A stretch of 64,000 nucleotides of DNA from Torpedo marmorata (lineage: Eukaryota), in NCBI GenBank assembly GCA_977017645.1, contig OZ360223.1, positions 118,544,001 through 118,608,000 of the forward strand, given 5' to 3'. A program made the translations under genes and the position numbers. Shown here one piece after another: positions 36,602 through 48,520 of this stretch. The first letter of the stretch is position 1. The number at the start of each line of letters is the position of its first letter. Below the pieces are notes generated by a model, which saw only the letters and a program-made list of their open reading frames with translations, was not told the origin of the DNA and did not search any database.

Positions 36602-36685
36602 CTTCCCTCTCCATTCAGAGAGCTATCTCCTCCATCATCACTTCCCAGCTTTTTTCTCTTTTGCTCTCCAACCTATATTCACCTC

Positions 36686-38195
36686 TGAATCAGAATTTAT
36701 TGTCATGAACAAGTCATGAAATTCGGTGTTTTGCGGCAGCATCATAGTGAAATTAACATTCATATTAACCATCTTATGACATTACTATAAAAATTATAAA
36801 CATTAGTGCACGAAAAGTAAGGCAGTGTCTTTGGTTCATTGATTATTCAGGAATCTGATGGCAGCGGGGAAGAAGCTGTCCTTGTGCCGTTGAGTGCTCG
36901 TCTTTAGGCTCCTGTACCTTTTTCCCGATGGAAGCAGAGTGAAGAGGGCATGGCCTGGGTGCTGGGGGTCTTTGAGGATAGAGGCTGCTTTTTTAAGACA
37001 CCGCCTCATGTAGATGTCCTCGATGGAGTGAAGTTTGGTGCCTGTGATGTCACAGGCCGAGTTAAAACCCTCTGGAGTTTACTCTTGTCCTGGGAGTTGG
37101 CGCCTCTATACCAGGCAGTGATGCAACCAGCCAGAATGCTCTCCACGGTACACCTGTAGACGTTTACGAGAGTCTTTGGTGATATACCGAATATCCTCAG
37201 ACACCTCACAAAGTATAGCCGCTGACGAGCCTTCTTTGTGATTGCATCAACGTGGATGCTCCAGGACAGATCCTCGGAGATGTTGACACCCAGGAATTTG
37301 AAGTTCTTGACCCTCTCCACTACTGAGCCCTCGATGAGGACTGGATCGTGTTCCCCTGACTTCCTCCTGAAGTCCACAATCATCTCCTTGGTTTTGCTAA
37401 CGTTGAGCTCAAGGTTGTTGCCATTACAACATTCAACGAGCTGATCTATCTCCCTCCTGTACGCTTCCTCATTGCCGTTTGTGATTCTGCTTAGGTATGT
37501 GTTAATTCTGGCCATGACCAGCCTCTCAAAGCATTTCATCACAGTAGAAGTTTGTGCTACTGGGCAGTAGTCGTTGAGGCAGCCCACACTACTCTTCTTG
37601 GGTACCGGGATGATTGATGCCCTTTTGAAGCAGGTGGGAACCTCTTACTGCCGCAATGAGAGGTTGAAAATGTTCGTGAACACTCCGGCTAGTTGGTTGG
37701 TGCAGATTTTCAGTACCCTGCCAGGTACGTCGTCAGGGCCTGACGCCTTGCGAGGGTTCACCCTCTTGAATGATGTTCTGACGTCGCCCTCAGAGACAGA
37801 TATCACAGTGTCCTCAGCCTTTTCAGGGATTCTAGTAGGCACTGTTTTGTTCTTCTTCTCAAAGCGGGCATAGAAGGTGTTCAGCTCATCGGGTAGTGAA
37901 GCATCACAGCCGTCTATAGTGTTCGCCCTCGCTTTATAGGCTGTAATGGCCTGCACTCCCTGCCATAGCTAGCGTGTATCTGTCTATGTCTCTAGCTTCC
38001 TCCGGAATTGCCACTTTGCTTCAGAGATGGCCTTCCGCAGGTCGTGCCTGGACTTCTTGTAAAGATCCCGGTCCCCGGCCTTAAACGCCCTTGTTCTCGT
38101 CCTCAGCAGGTTGCGAATTCTCTGATTCATCCAGGGCTTCTGGTTGGGGAACACCCGGTATTTGCGCGTGGGCACACACTCATCCACGCAGATCT
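36686..38195 (-). mobile_element. Rex1/Babar LINE with an internal deletion of the RT core
   Basis: FPNQKPWMN, RKASGPDDVPGRVLK and [17 protein letters not shown], joined directly to [13 protein letters not shown] at ~37490. Confidence 0.9.
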
Positions 38196-38629
38196 TGTCC
38201 TCTTGCCTGTTTTCCTCCCCTGCCCCTTCTTTCCTCCTTCCCCCCACCATTTTATTCAGGTGCCTGCATGCTTTTTGCTCATACTTTGACGAAGGGCTCA
38301 GGCACGCAACATTGGTTATATATCTTTGCTGCCTATGAATGCTGCATGACCTGCTGAATTTCTCCAGCCCTTTTGTGTATCAAACACTGATGACTATGTC
38401 TACTCGTAGGTGCTTCCTGTCTCGCCGAGTCCCTTTCGCAGGTTCATTGTTTGCTGACAATTCCAGCATCTGCAGTGTTTGTGTTTCACAGGAATAATAA
38501 AGGTGGCTATGAACTGGTGGCCATTTACTTTGTCTCTCTGCAGAGGTTCTTTGAAGGGAGATGCAAATTCTGCAAAGGTTTGAATGAAACATTTACTGGA
38601 AAGGGTATAGAAAAAATTCCCGGGGATGT

Positions 38630-39280
38630 TAATGGGACTCAAGAGCTTGACCTGGAAGGAGAAGCTGGATCAGCTGGAGTTTTTTCCATAGAGCATAGGA
38701 GTCTGAGAGGGTGATCTTATGGAGGTGCATAAAATCGAGGGGTAAAGATAAAGTGAATGGTCCCAGTCTTTTTCATCAGGGCATGGGGAATCTCAAACCA
38801 GAGGCATAGGTTTAAGGTGAGATGGGAAAGATTTCAAGGGGACCTGAGCGGCAATGATTTCACATAGGGAGTGATGAGCTTATGGAACAAGCTCCCAGAA
38901 GACACTGCAGGGGTGAAAACAATTATGACATTTGAAAAACATTTAGAAAGGTATGTGAATAGGAAGAGTTTTTTCTGGAGGTACAGCATGGTAACAGGCC
39001 CTTCCAGCCCACGAGCCTATACCACTCAAATATACCAATTAACCTACAAACCCCATACATTTTTGGAGGGTGGGAGGAAACCAGAGCACCCAGAGGAAAC
39101 CCAAGCAGACATGGGGAGAATGTACAAATTCCTTATACACAGTTTTAGATTCGAACCCGGGTCGCTGTTACTGTGATAGCGTTGCGCTAACCGCTACACT
39201 AACTGTCCCACCCATAATTGGGATATGGGCCAAACAAATTCAAATGGGACCTGAATGGCCTGTTTCTGTGCTGTATAACA
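38630..39280 (+). mobile_element. Old CR1 3' fragment containing a V-SINE
   Basis: LRGDLMEVHKI and TRGHRFKV-like motifs. Tail ggcctgtttctgtgctgta. Confidence 0.7.
38975..39210 (-). mobile_element. tRNA-derived V-SINE
   Basis: Same family as 23005-23245. Confidence 0.82.
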
Positions 39281-39625
39281 TAAATCTGTTCGTTAAAAGA
39301 CAGTGGACCTTTCCTTCTCCACCGACTGATCAGTGGCCATGAGATTGTGCTCTGATACCTCATTGTCATGGCCCTTTGGTAATGACTGAATGTTTGTGGA
39401 TGAATGAGATGACACTGGTGATCGACTATTTATTGGCAGGAACAGAAAGGACCTGATGCCAAATTTACTGCCTAAGGATAAAATTTGGGGATTAATACAC
39501 AGCTAGAATATTAATCATGAAGAAGCAGACATTCTCCTCAGTTCCATTGTGTAAACCAAGGGCAAGGGTATAGTGGCACAGTGGCATATCGTTGCACAAT
39601 GGGTAACTTACTGGATTAACAGCTA

Positions 39626-40476
39626 GAAATGGCGGCGCTGCCGGAGCTGCTGTAGCAGCAGCGCTGCCGCTGGTGCGGACCCGCGGGGAGCTAGGGAGCG
39701 GAGATGCAGCGCTCCCGCGGGGTCCAGTCAACTGCCATCGGCTCCGCACGGGCTTTGAACGGCCCGTTGAGGGAGCCGACGGTGGTTTTATTTGCAATCC
39801 CGCAACCACGGGGTCTGCGCCCAAGATGGCAGCGCCTATTAATATAGGCTGCTGCCTATTAATCGGCAGCAGGCACGAGGGGCTGCAGACTCCAGGGAAG
39901 CGGAAGAGTGGAGCAGGGCACCAGAGGACGGAAAGATCACCCCCCGTCTGAGAAGGAGAAGTGGAGGAGACGACCCACGGGATGGTGACCATGGCGGTGG
40001 ACCAGTGAGGGGCTCTGAAGCTGAAGGACCAGTGCATGCGGCGGGCTGCTGGCGACGCGAGGCGAGGAACCCGCGGAGGCTGTGGGCTGCTGGAGACTGC
40101 TGTCGGGAGACTTGCGCCGGGCTGTGGACTGCTGGAGACTGGCTCGAACTGGCTGGAGGAGTACCAGGTATCGGAACCGGGATGCGAGGTGGTGCCGAAG
40201 AGTTCCTGACCATGTTGGAGGTTCGGATCTGGAGTTCGGGTTGCCGATGGTTTGGACTGGGCTCTGTGTGGCTGCGGAGGCTGCGGAAGCGCTGGAGGCG
40301 AATCTACGGGCTCTGGGGGGGAATTCTCTTTTGCTTCTCTTTCTCTGACTGTAAGGAATGTTAGAGGCACTTAGGCAATTTGTGCCGGTGGCGAATCTGT
40401 TTGCCTTGCTGCAGGCAAAAAGAAATTTCATGTAATATGACACTGTTTTATTACTATGACAATAAATTGAAATTGA
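39626..40476 (+). mobile_element. GC-rich non-autonomous retroelement, copy 2 (apparently complete 5' end), inserted in an old tRNA-type SINE
   Basis: Starts gaaatggcggcgctgccggagctgctgtag and ends atgacaataaattgaaattga. Colinear with 5339-6198. Confidence 0.85.
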
Positions 40477-40893
40477 GATTTATGCACCAAGAATCAGGAG
40501 TTGAAATCCTATGCTGACAGCTGAGGAACCTAAATTCAAGAAAGTTGATAAAAATATCCGGAATTTAAAAAAAAGATGGTGGTAATCACAAAACTACTGA
40601 AATATTTTATTGAAATTCCTCAGGGAAAGATATCTTCCATCCTTATTTGTTCTGACCCATATAAACACTCTGGTGGATGGACAATAAGGAGTACATGCAC
40701 CCTGCAATCAAATTTAAACTTGTAAATGCACTATCCTCACAACAGGTCAATGGAAGATGCCATCTCGCTGTCTTCCACTCTGCATTAGATCACCTGGACT
40801 ACATTGGCTATTGCTCAGTGTTCAACACTATCATACCAGTAAAACCTCTAGTTAAGCTCAGGGATCTGGGACTCTATCTGTCCCTCTGCAACT

Positions 40894-41447
40894 GAATCAG
40901 AATCAGAATTTATTGTCATGAACAAGTCACAAAATTTGTTGTTTTGCAGCAGCATCACAGTGCAAACATTTATATAAACCACCTTACAACAATAAATAAA
41001 AAATAGTGCATGAAAAGTCAAAGTAAGGCAGTGTCTTTGGTTCATTGATCATTCAGGAATCTGATGGCAGTGGGGAAGCAGCTGTCTTGTGCCATTGAGT
41101 GCTCGTCTTCAGACTCCTGTTCCTTTTTCCTGATGGTAGCAGAGTGAAGAGGGCATGGCCTGGCTGGTGGGCGTCCTTGAGGATAGAGGCTGCTTTCTTA
41201 AGACACTGCCTCTTGTAGATCTCCTTGATGGAGTGAAATCCGGTGCCCGTTAACAACACTCTGGAGTTTTTCTTGTCCTGAGTGTTGGCACCTCCGTACC
41301 AGACAGTGATGCAACCAGCCAGAATGCTCTCCACAGTACACCTGTAGAAGTTTTCGATAGTCTTCAGTGACATACTGAGACTCACAAAGTATAGCCGCTG
41401 GCGAGCCTTCTTCATGATTGCATCGACATGGAGGCTTCAGAACAGAT
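40894..41447 (-). mobile_element. Rex1/Babar 3' fragment
   Basis: [23 protein letters not shown] and an (ATTCTG)n tail. Splits the host's ctgcaact|ggatcct. Confidence 0.88.
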
Positions 41448-41863
41448 TATTGGATCCTCGGCTTCCTCAATTTCGACCCCAGTCAGTGCGGATTGGCAAC
41501 ACCACCCCTTTGTCGCTAACCATCAACACAGGGGCATGTCATGACTGCGTGCTTAGTCTCCTGCTCTATTCTAGGTACACCCCTGACTGAGTGGCCAAGT
41601 GCAGCTCCAACACAATCTATAATTTCACTGATGGCACCACTGTTGTTGCCCAAACAATGGGAATTGATGAGTCAGAATACAGATTGGTGATTGAGAATAT
41701 GGTTGGGTGGTGCCAGAACAGCAAACTTACTTTTAATGTCGACAAGTCCAGGAAGCTTATTATGGATTTTAGGAAGGGGGGGTCCAAAGGACCACACACC
41801 TGTCTGAGTTAATCGAACATAGGTGGAGAAGGTGAGTAACTACAAGTTCCTGTGAATCCACAT

Positions 41864-42118
41864 TGATACACCTATCAATGACTCACCAGAGGCAGGAAGT
41901 AATGGGAGATCGAAAGGCTTTTATTAGCAGTAAGACTGAGCCTAGGTTAAGTCACAGTTAACCTGCTGAGACCTGCTGGACTATCCCGGAACTGGAGGAG
42001 GGGTCAGTGGCTCAAGGCCTTTATTCAGGGAGGGAGGGGGAGGAGCCACCGGGATAGACAGCAGGCATGCTCAGACCTATCCCCAGCCCCATAGTTCATA
42101 CAACAGTGGTTTACCACA
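41864..42118 (-). mobile_element. Short solo LTR (255 bp)
   Basis: TG...CA termini with a 5-bp TSD CACAT (41859-41863, 42119-42123). AATAAA on the minus strand. Confidence 0.8.
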
Positions 42119-42136
42119 CACATATCAGAGGACCTG

Positions 42137-42584
42137 GTAAAATACAAAAATCTGTAGACACCGTGGTTGAAGTAAAAAACACAAATGCTGGAGAAACTCA
42201 GCAGGTCAAACAGTGTCTTTTATGTAGCAAAGGTAGAAATACATAACCGACGTTTCGGGCTTGAGCCCTTCATCAAAGTATGAGAAAATGCCGGCAGGCG
42301 TCCGAACAAAAGAGTGAGGGGGGGTGGGGGAAGGGGGATGGCAAAGGCAGGAGATGATAGATGGAGAAAGGAGGGAGGGGACAGCAGCAAAGAGGGGGAG
42401 GAGGGATGGCTGGGTGGGTGGAAAAAAACTGGAAGGACAGGTGAGGGGGGAGGGGAAGGAAACGACAAGCAGGTTTAGTGGAAAGCAGAAAAGTCAATGT
42501 TAATGCCATCTGGCTGGAGAGTGCCCAGACAGAAAATGAGATGTTGTTCCTCCAATTTGCGGGTAGTCTGGGTAGTCTGCGGGT
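42137..42584 (-). mobile_element. Penelope-like 3' end (same young family as 26563-28568)
   Basis: 10-bp TSD AGAGGACCTG (42127-42136, 42585-42594), KLEEQHLIF.LGTLQPDGINIDF and a hammerhead-like motif. Confidence 0.9.
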
Positions 42585-44192
42585 AGAGGACCTGTCCTGG
42601 AGCCAGCACATCATTTATGAAGAAGGCACAGCTACACCTGTCTTTTATGAGAAGTCTGAGGAAATTTGCCATGTCATCGAATACTCTATTAAACCACTAC
42701 AGGTGTACTGTGGAAAGTATACTGATTGGTTGCTTCATGGCTTGATTTGGTCATTCGGGTACCCAGGAAAGCAGAAGGTCTTCCTCAAGAAAGCAGACAA
42801 CATCATAAAGGACCCCCATCACCCTGGTCACAACCTCTTCTCACTGCTACCTTTGGGAAGCCTGAAGTGCAGCACCTCTTGGTTCAAGAACAGTTTTTTG
42901 TCCAATGGTTGTGAGGCTCTTGAACCTCCCTTTACTACTCTAATCATAAGCTACACCGGCACCACAAAAAGATCTGTCTGCACTATTGAAACACCACTTT
43001 TTTTCTTTCACCTCTATTATAACTGTGAATATTTACCTATTTATCTTTTAATTTATTATATTTTTTCATACATTAAATTAATGTGTACTATTGGAGATGT
43101 TTTATTTTTACAAAGTACCTGTATGGCTGCAGCATTAAGAATTTTTGTGATATGTACATTGTACTTATGTGTATGATAATAATCTCATTATCATTATCAA
43201 TCTAATTTGCATTTCTGTATGAACAAGAAACTTTGCACAAAGTACTTTGGCTTCAAGTCATACCTATTGCTTTCAGCATTGTACCTTTACTGTACAAAGA
43301 ATGCACAGAAAGAGAACCTTTGTGTTGAATGGTCCAGTGAGCTGGGACCAAGGTTTGAGATTACTCCACTGGGGGATTCATTTGTTATTTTTAGTGGGAC
43401 TGAGCCTTGACAATGTGTGTTTGACCTTCAGGTATTTTTGCCTGTCACTAGTTTCCGAGCAGTTCATTTGTTTTCTGCAACTCTGCGCCATCCAGCAATT
43501 TTTATTTCTGTATTGACTATTTATTTTGCCCTCAAGGCTCTGTACATGAGATTGTCACCCATGAATTAATAGGTAAATGAAAAGTCTTCATGCTTGCTGA
43601 GATCCTTAACTAATATGAATAATTTAGATGTAAAGTATATATATCTCCAGGGAATGACTTTCCATGGAGTCTTTCTCCTTGTATGACCTAACTGAAAGGA
43701 TGATGGAAGCAGATTCAATCTAATGCTGCATTAGAAAGTTGGTTAAATATGGAAAAAGGAAGAAAGTATATGGGAAAGACCAGAGGAATAGGGCTAACAG
43801 AACTCCTTCAAAGAGGAAGCAGAGTTATGATGGGCTGAATAGCCTCCATTTTGGTAAAATAATTGTGTAATCTATATCAGGTTAAGGTAAAATTTATAGA
43901 TTGGTCTGCTGGTAAACAGCAAATAAGACTTTATTTGCTGAAAATGGACACAACAATGAGTGGGAGAAAACTGAATAACATTGAGAGCACATATCTTGGT
44001 TCTAAACAATCCTAAACAATTCCAAAAATTTTCACCAACTTTGTTACTCACACATAACACAATGTACACCCAATACATCCATATATCTATCCAACAGCAG
44101 GATGGTCTGAGGGCCCTCCTCTTGTTCCTTAATAAGAGACCCAAACAATGCCCTGCACCACCAGTCTGCTTCACCTGATTGACCTCATCCCA

Positions 44193-45570
44193 CCATTGAA
44201 CAGCTTCTCCTTCAATATTTCTCACATTCTACAGAGGCTTAGCAATGGAAACTTGCAGAGGCCCAAAGTATACCTTGTACTTTGTTGGATATGCTGAAGT
44301 CCCTGTTTCAGTGCTCTTCAAGCCTCAACCCACCCAACATTTTCCTCATTACATTTACAACTGTCCAGGTGGTACTTCCTACATTGGTGATATTGATATG
44401 AAGATTTTATCCAAGGTTTTAAGCACACAGATGAGAAAATATTCTACCAATAATTATCGATTCTGATCAGACTGGTTTTTATTAAAAATCATTATTCCTA
44501 TTATAATATACATAGATTGTTGAATATTTTATATTTACCCTCCACCCCAGTGATGGAATGTGTTCTTTCATTTGATGCTGAAAAAGCATTTGATCGGGTG
44601 GAGTGGGAGTATTTATTTGCCATTTTAGGATAATTTAATTTTGGTTCTGATTTCATTAAATTGATTAAATTATGATATTCATGCCCTATGGCCTCAGTTC
44701 ATTCCAATTTATAACAATCAAACATGTTTAGACTTAATAGGGGAACTCAGCAAGGTTGCCCGTTAAGTCCTTTGCTTTTTGATATAGTACTAGAACCTCT
44801 AGCTGTCGTTCTTCAACAGTGTAGAGAATTTAAAGGTATAACTAGATGTGGAATTGAACATAAAGTATCTCTTTATGCAGATGATTTATTGCTTTTATTT
44901 CAAACCCTGAGGTCTCTATACCAAATATATTAACTTTGTTTACTCAATTTAGCCAATTTTCAGGTTATAAATTAAATTTACATAAGAGTGAATTATTACC
45001 CTTAAGAGGACCTCTTGTTAGCTATTCCAATTTCACGTTTAAAACAGTGAAAGATCAATTCCAATATTTAGGAATTACAATTACAAAAAGTTACAAAAAT
45101 TTAGTGAAAGAGAATTTAACGGTACTACTCAATAAGATTAAACCATTATTATCAGGTTGGTCACCCTTATCTATTACAATGATGGGTCGTATCAATTCGA
45201 TTTAAATGAATATTCTGCCTAAATTTCTGTATCTTTTCCAAGATTTACCAGTTTTTATTCCTAAAGCCTTTTTTTAGTTCATTAGATTCGGTCATTTCTT
45301 CTTACGTATGGCAGGGAAAACAACCACATACAAATAAAGCCCATCTTCAAAAGATTAAAAGGAACGGAGGGTTATCACTTCCATTTAACAGCTTCAACAT
45401 TTCTCACATTCTACAGAGGCTTAGCAATGGAAACTTGCATAGGCCCAAAGTATACCTTGTACTTTGTTGGATATGCTGAAGCCTCTGTTTCAGTGCTCTT
45501 CAAGCCTCAACCCACCCAACATTTTTCTCATTACATTTACAACTGTCCAGGTGGTACTTCCTACATTGGT
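44193..45570. repeat. ~190-bp direct duplication (44193-44388 and 45381-45570) flanking the L1 fragment
   Basis: ccatt.aacagcttc...ctacattggt occurs twice, with a few substitutions and one 6-bp indel. Confidence 0.92.
44389..45380 (+). mobile_element. Internal L1/Tx1 ORF2 RT fragment (no 3' end)
   Basis: DQTGF, SFDAEKAFDRVEW, RGTQQGCPLSPLLF, VSLYADDLLL, FSGYKLN, GGLSLP. Confidence 0.9.
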
Positions 45571-46126
45571 AGAGAACTCAAAAATGTCATCACCTTTCCT
45601 GCCAAATTCCACTCTGTTTTCACTTTCGCATTGTACACATATCAGTCTCTTCTCTCTCTTTACATTCCTATCTCCATTTCAGTCAGGGACTAAGACTTAT
45701 TATAAGCATATAAACACAACTACACATCTTCCTACTCCCCTTCCTAAAAGTACTTCATTCCACTTCCCCGATTTCTTATTCTCTATCTGCAGTTCCCTAA
45801 CCAGTGCTTTCACAATATCTTCCATTTTTAATGACTGTGGCTTTCCATTTACCTTAGCAGATGGAATTCTCAAAAGCCTTTCCTTTATTTCCCACAAGAT
45901 GAGTATGAGCCTGAGAACTTATTGTCAGATATGCAAGTATAATGTACAGATGGATCAAAGTTCTTGCTTACTGTAGCCACACTGATACGTAAAATACATC
46001 AACAACGTTGTATAAATTGTTACCACAATATGTACAAAAGGGACATTTAAAAGGCACATGAAGATCAGAGGGTTTGAGGCTGTGCGGTAAGGAAGGATTA
46101 GATTGATGCTGGAATAGGCTGATATA

Positions 46127-48096
46127 AAGTGCCATAAAAAGCCTTATGTTTATGTTTGGGACAAAAACACTTTTTTCCTTTATTTTCCCCTGAGCTCCAC
46201 AGTTTTAAATTTGTAATCAAACAATTCACATGTAATTAAAGTGCACATTCCAGATTTTATTCAAGGTTATTTGTATACATTTTGGTTTGACCATATAGCA
46301 ATTACAGCACTTTTTATACATTATCCCCTCATTTCAGGGCACCATAATGTTTGGGACAGTTGGCTTCACAGGTGTTTGTGATTACTCAGGTATGTTTAAT
46401 TGCTTCATTGGTGCAGGTAGAAAAGAGCTAGGCTTGCTTCTAAACTTTTGATCATCTTTGGAATCTGCTGTTGCCATTTTTCAACATGAGGACCAGTGTT
46501 GTGCCAATGAAAATCAAAGAAGCCATTATGAGGCTGAAAAAACAAGAATAAAACAGTAAGAGACATCACCCAAACTTTAGGATTACCAAAATCAACTGTT
46601 TGCAACATCAGAATCAGAATCAGAATTTATTGGCATGAACAAGTCATGAAATTTGGTGTTTTGCGGCAGCATCATAGTGCAAACATTCATATTATAACCA
46701 TCTTATGACATTACTATAAAAAATATATAAATAATAGTGCATGAAAAGTACAGCAGTGTCTTTGGTTCATTGATTATTCAGGAATCTGATGGCAGCGGGG
46801 AAGAAGCTGTCCTTGTGCCGTTGAGTGCTCGTCTTTAGGCTCCTGTACCTTTTTCCTGATGGTAGAGTGAAGAGGGCATGGCCTGGGTGGTGGGGGTCTT
46901 TGAGGACAGAGGCTGCTTTTTTAAGACACCGCCTCGTGTAGATGTCCTTGATGGAGTGGTCTGGTGCCTGTGATGTCACAGGCCGAGTTAACAACCCTAT
47001 GGAGTTTATTCTTGTCCTGAGAGTTAGCGTCTCCATACCAGGCAGTGATGCAAGCAGCCAGAATGCGCTCCACGGTACACCTGTAGAAGTTTACGAGAGT
47101 CTTCGGTGATATACCAAATCTCCTCAGACACCTCACAAAGTATAGCCGCTGGCGAGCCTTCTTTGTGATTGCATCAACGTGGAGGCTCCAGGACAGATCC
47201 TCGGAAATGTTGACACCCTGGAATTTGAAGTTCTTGACCCTCTCCACTACTGAGCCCTCGATGAGGACTGGGTCGTGTTCCCCTGACTTCCTCCTGAAGT
47301 CCACAATTATTTCCTTGGTTTTGCTGACATTGAGCGCAAAGTTGTTGTCATGACACCATTCAACGAGCTGATCTCCCTCCTGTACGCTTCCTCATTGCCG
47401 TTTGTGATTCTGCCGACAATTCCCCTCTCTTGCATGGAGGTTATGGAACTCGTGATTTCCACGATGATTTCACAAACCCAGGCAAGGGTTTTAGACGAAA
47501 TGTCCATTACAAATGGCCAAGAGTAGCACTGCTCTCTCTTAACAAAAAAGACAGTCGAAGTGGCCATCTTTTCCAAAGCCACTGATTCTGTGTTCCTTAC
47601 CTGACAAGGAGAACACACAACAGCACCTTTCTCACTGAAGGTTACTGCATCTCTGACTTCAGATGAATCTGGTTAAATACTTAAAATGCAGCTTTTCAAG
47701 TGTCTTTAATCACATGACTGCTTTGATCATCACTGGCTCTGTTTGAAGTTTCATTTTCAATTTCCAAAAGCACTACTCATGGCAAATGACTCCGGCTTGT
47801 CTACACTGGTCAACAAGCAAATGGCTGTTTGTTTGACCAGGTGTCTCTTTAGCAAACATTCATTGTTTTCAGTATTTCAACAGAACAATCATAAGGCTTT
47901 TTATGACTCTGAACTGAACAATGTTAAGCTTCTTACATCTCTGCATCTGCTTCAAAATGGTGTTGTGTGTGTCTTTGTGTGCGCTTCCCTGTTTCCCACC
48001 CACAATGTCTTTTTACTAAAAATATATATTAAAACCTAAATATTAATAATAGCATAATTCTGTAACACTTTGTCCCAAACATTATGGAGAGCACTG
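46127..48096 (+). mobile_element. Tc1-like DNA transposon derivative (left arm + transposase start, Rex insertion, foreign segment, short right TIR)
   Basis: IR/DR motif (cata)atgtttgggaca at ~46150 and ~46345, inverted at 48071-48096 followed by TA. HTH start MRTSVVPMKIKEAIMRLK..KTVRDITQTLGLPKSTV. The flanks rejoin as a CR1 3' UTR. Confidence 0.75.
46607..47419 (-). mobile_element. Rex1/Babar LINE, 5'-truncated
   Basis: Same C-terminal motifs and (ATTCTG)n tail as the other copies. Confidence 0.92.
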
Positions 48097-48160
48097 TAGG
48101 TCAGCACAATATTGTGGGCCAAAGGGTCCATGCTGCGCAGTACTCTTTGATGTTCTAATA

Positions 48161-48520
48161 CAGGGGTGGGAAACCTATGGCCCGCGATCCAAATTTACCT
48201 GGCCCGCAGGCACGAAGGCTGCAGACCGGATATCCGGCCCGTGATCTAAATTTATCTGTACAGCTCCGCCGCCACCCCCCCGTCCAGTGCCACCCCACCC
48301 TATCCAATGCCGCCACCCCCCAGCCCCTGGTCCGACACCGCCTCCACCACCACCACCCCCCGGTCCGACACCGCCTCCACCACACCCCCCCCCTGGTCCG
48401 ACATCGCTGCCACCATCGCCCCCCCCCCCGGTCCGATGCCGCCGAAAAATTAGCGCAGCCCGCCATTCAACCACAGACTCACCATCTGGCCCACGAATGG
48501 TAAAAGGTTTCCCACCCCTG
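48161..48520. mobile_element. hAT (Charlie-like) MITE with an internal C-rich minisatellite
   Basis: TIR CAGGGGTGGGAAACCT / AGGTTTCCCACCCCTG and 8-bp TSD TTCTAATA (48153-48160, 48521-48528). Internal ccggtccgacaccgcc repeats. Confidence 0.92.

Larger units (their letters stand above)
29960..38385 (+). mobile_element. Old Penelope-like element hosting a solo LTR (itself containing a CR1) and a Rex1 copy
   Basis: IKPADKGGAVMVW (30314) and CSCPTELVS|..., resuming at 35305 with MDVQSL, MGTCMGPSY and KLEEQHLIF. The 3' UTR resumes after the Rex copy at ~38195. Confidence 0.8.
40750..43200 (+). mobile_element. Old Rex1/Babar LINE hosting three younger insertions
   Basis: HSALDHLD..FNTIIP..KLRDLGL, NFTDGTTVV and [17 protein letters not shown] pieces. 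Tail tgataataatctcattatcattatc. Confidence 0.8.
44060..45960 (+). mobile_element. Very old Penelope-like remnant, with a duplicated segment and an L1 fragment inside it
   Basis: Degenerate GLRAL.LFL..RP and GLAMETC.GP.Y..YFVGY.E motifs. Boundaries are approximate. Confidence 0.55.

Noticed and set aside
36279-36719. ORFs spanning the poly-X stretch
   Set aside because: Artefacts of the assembly gap.
39492-40443. Long ORFs (up to 292 aa) over the GC-rich element, also at 5303-6021
   Set aside because: They are low-complexity Pro/Ser/Ala-rich translations whose starts, stops and frames are not preserved among the three copies. This is expected of GC-rich DNA.
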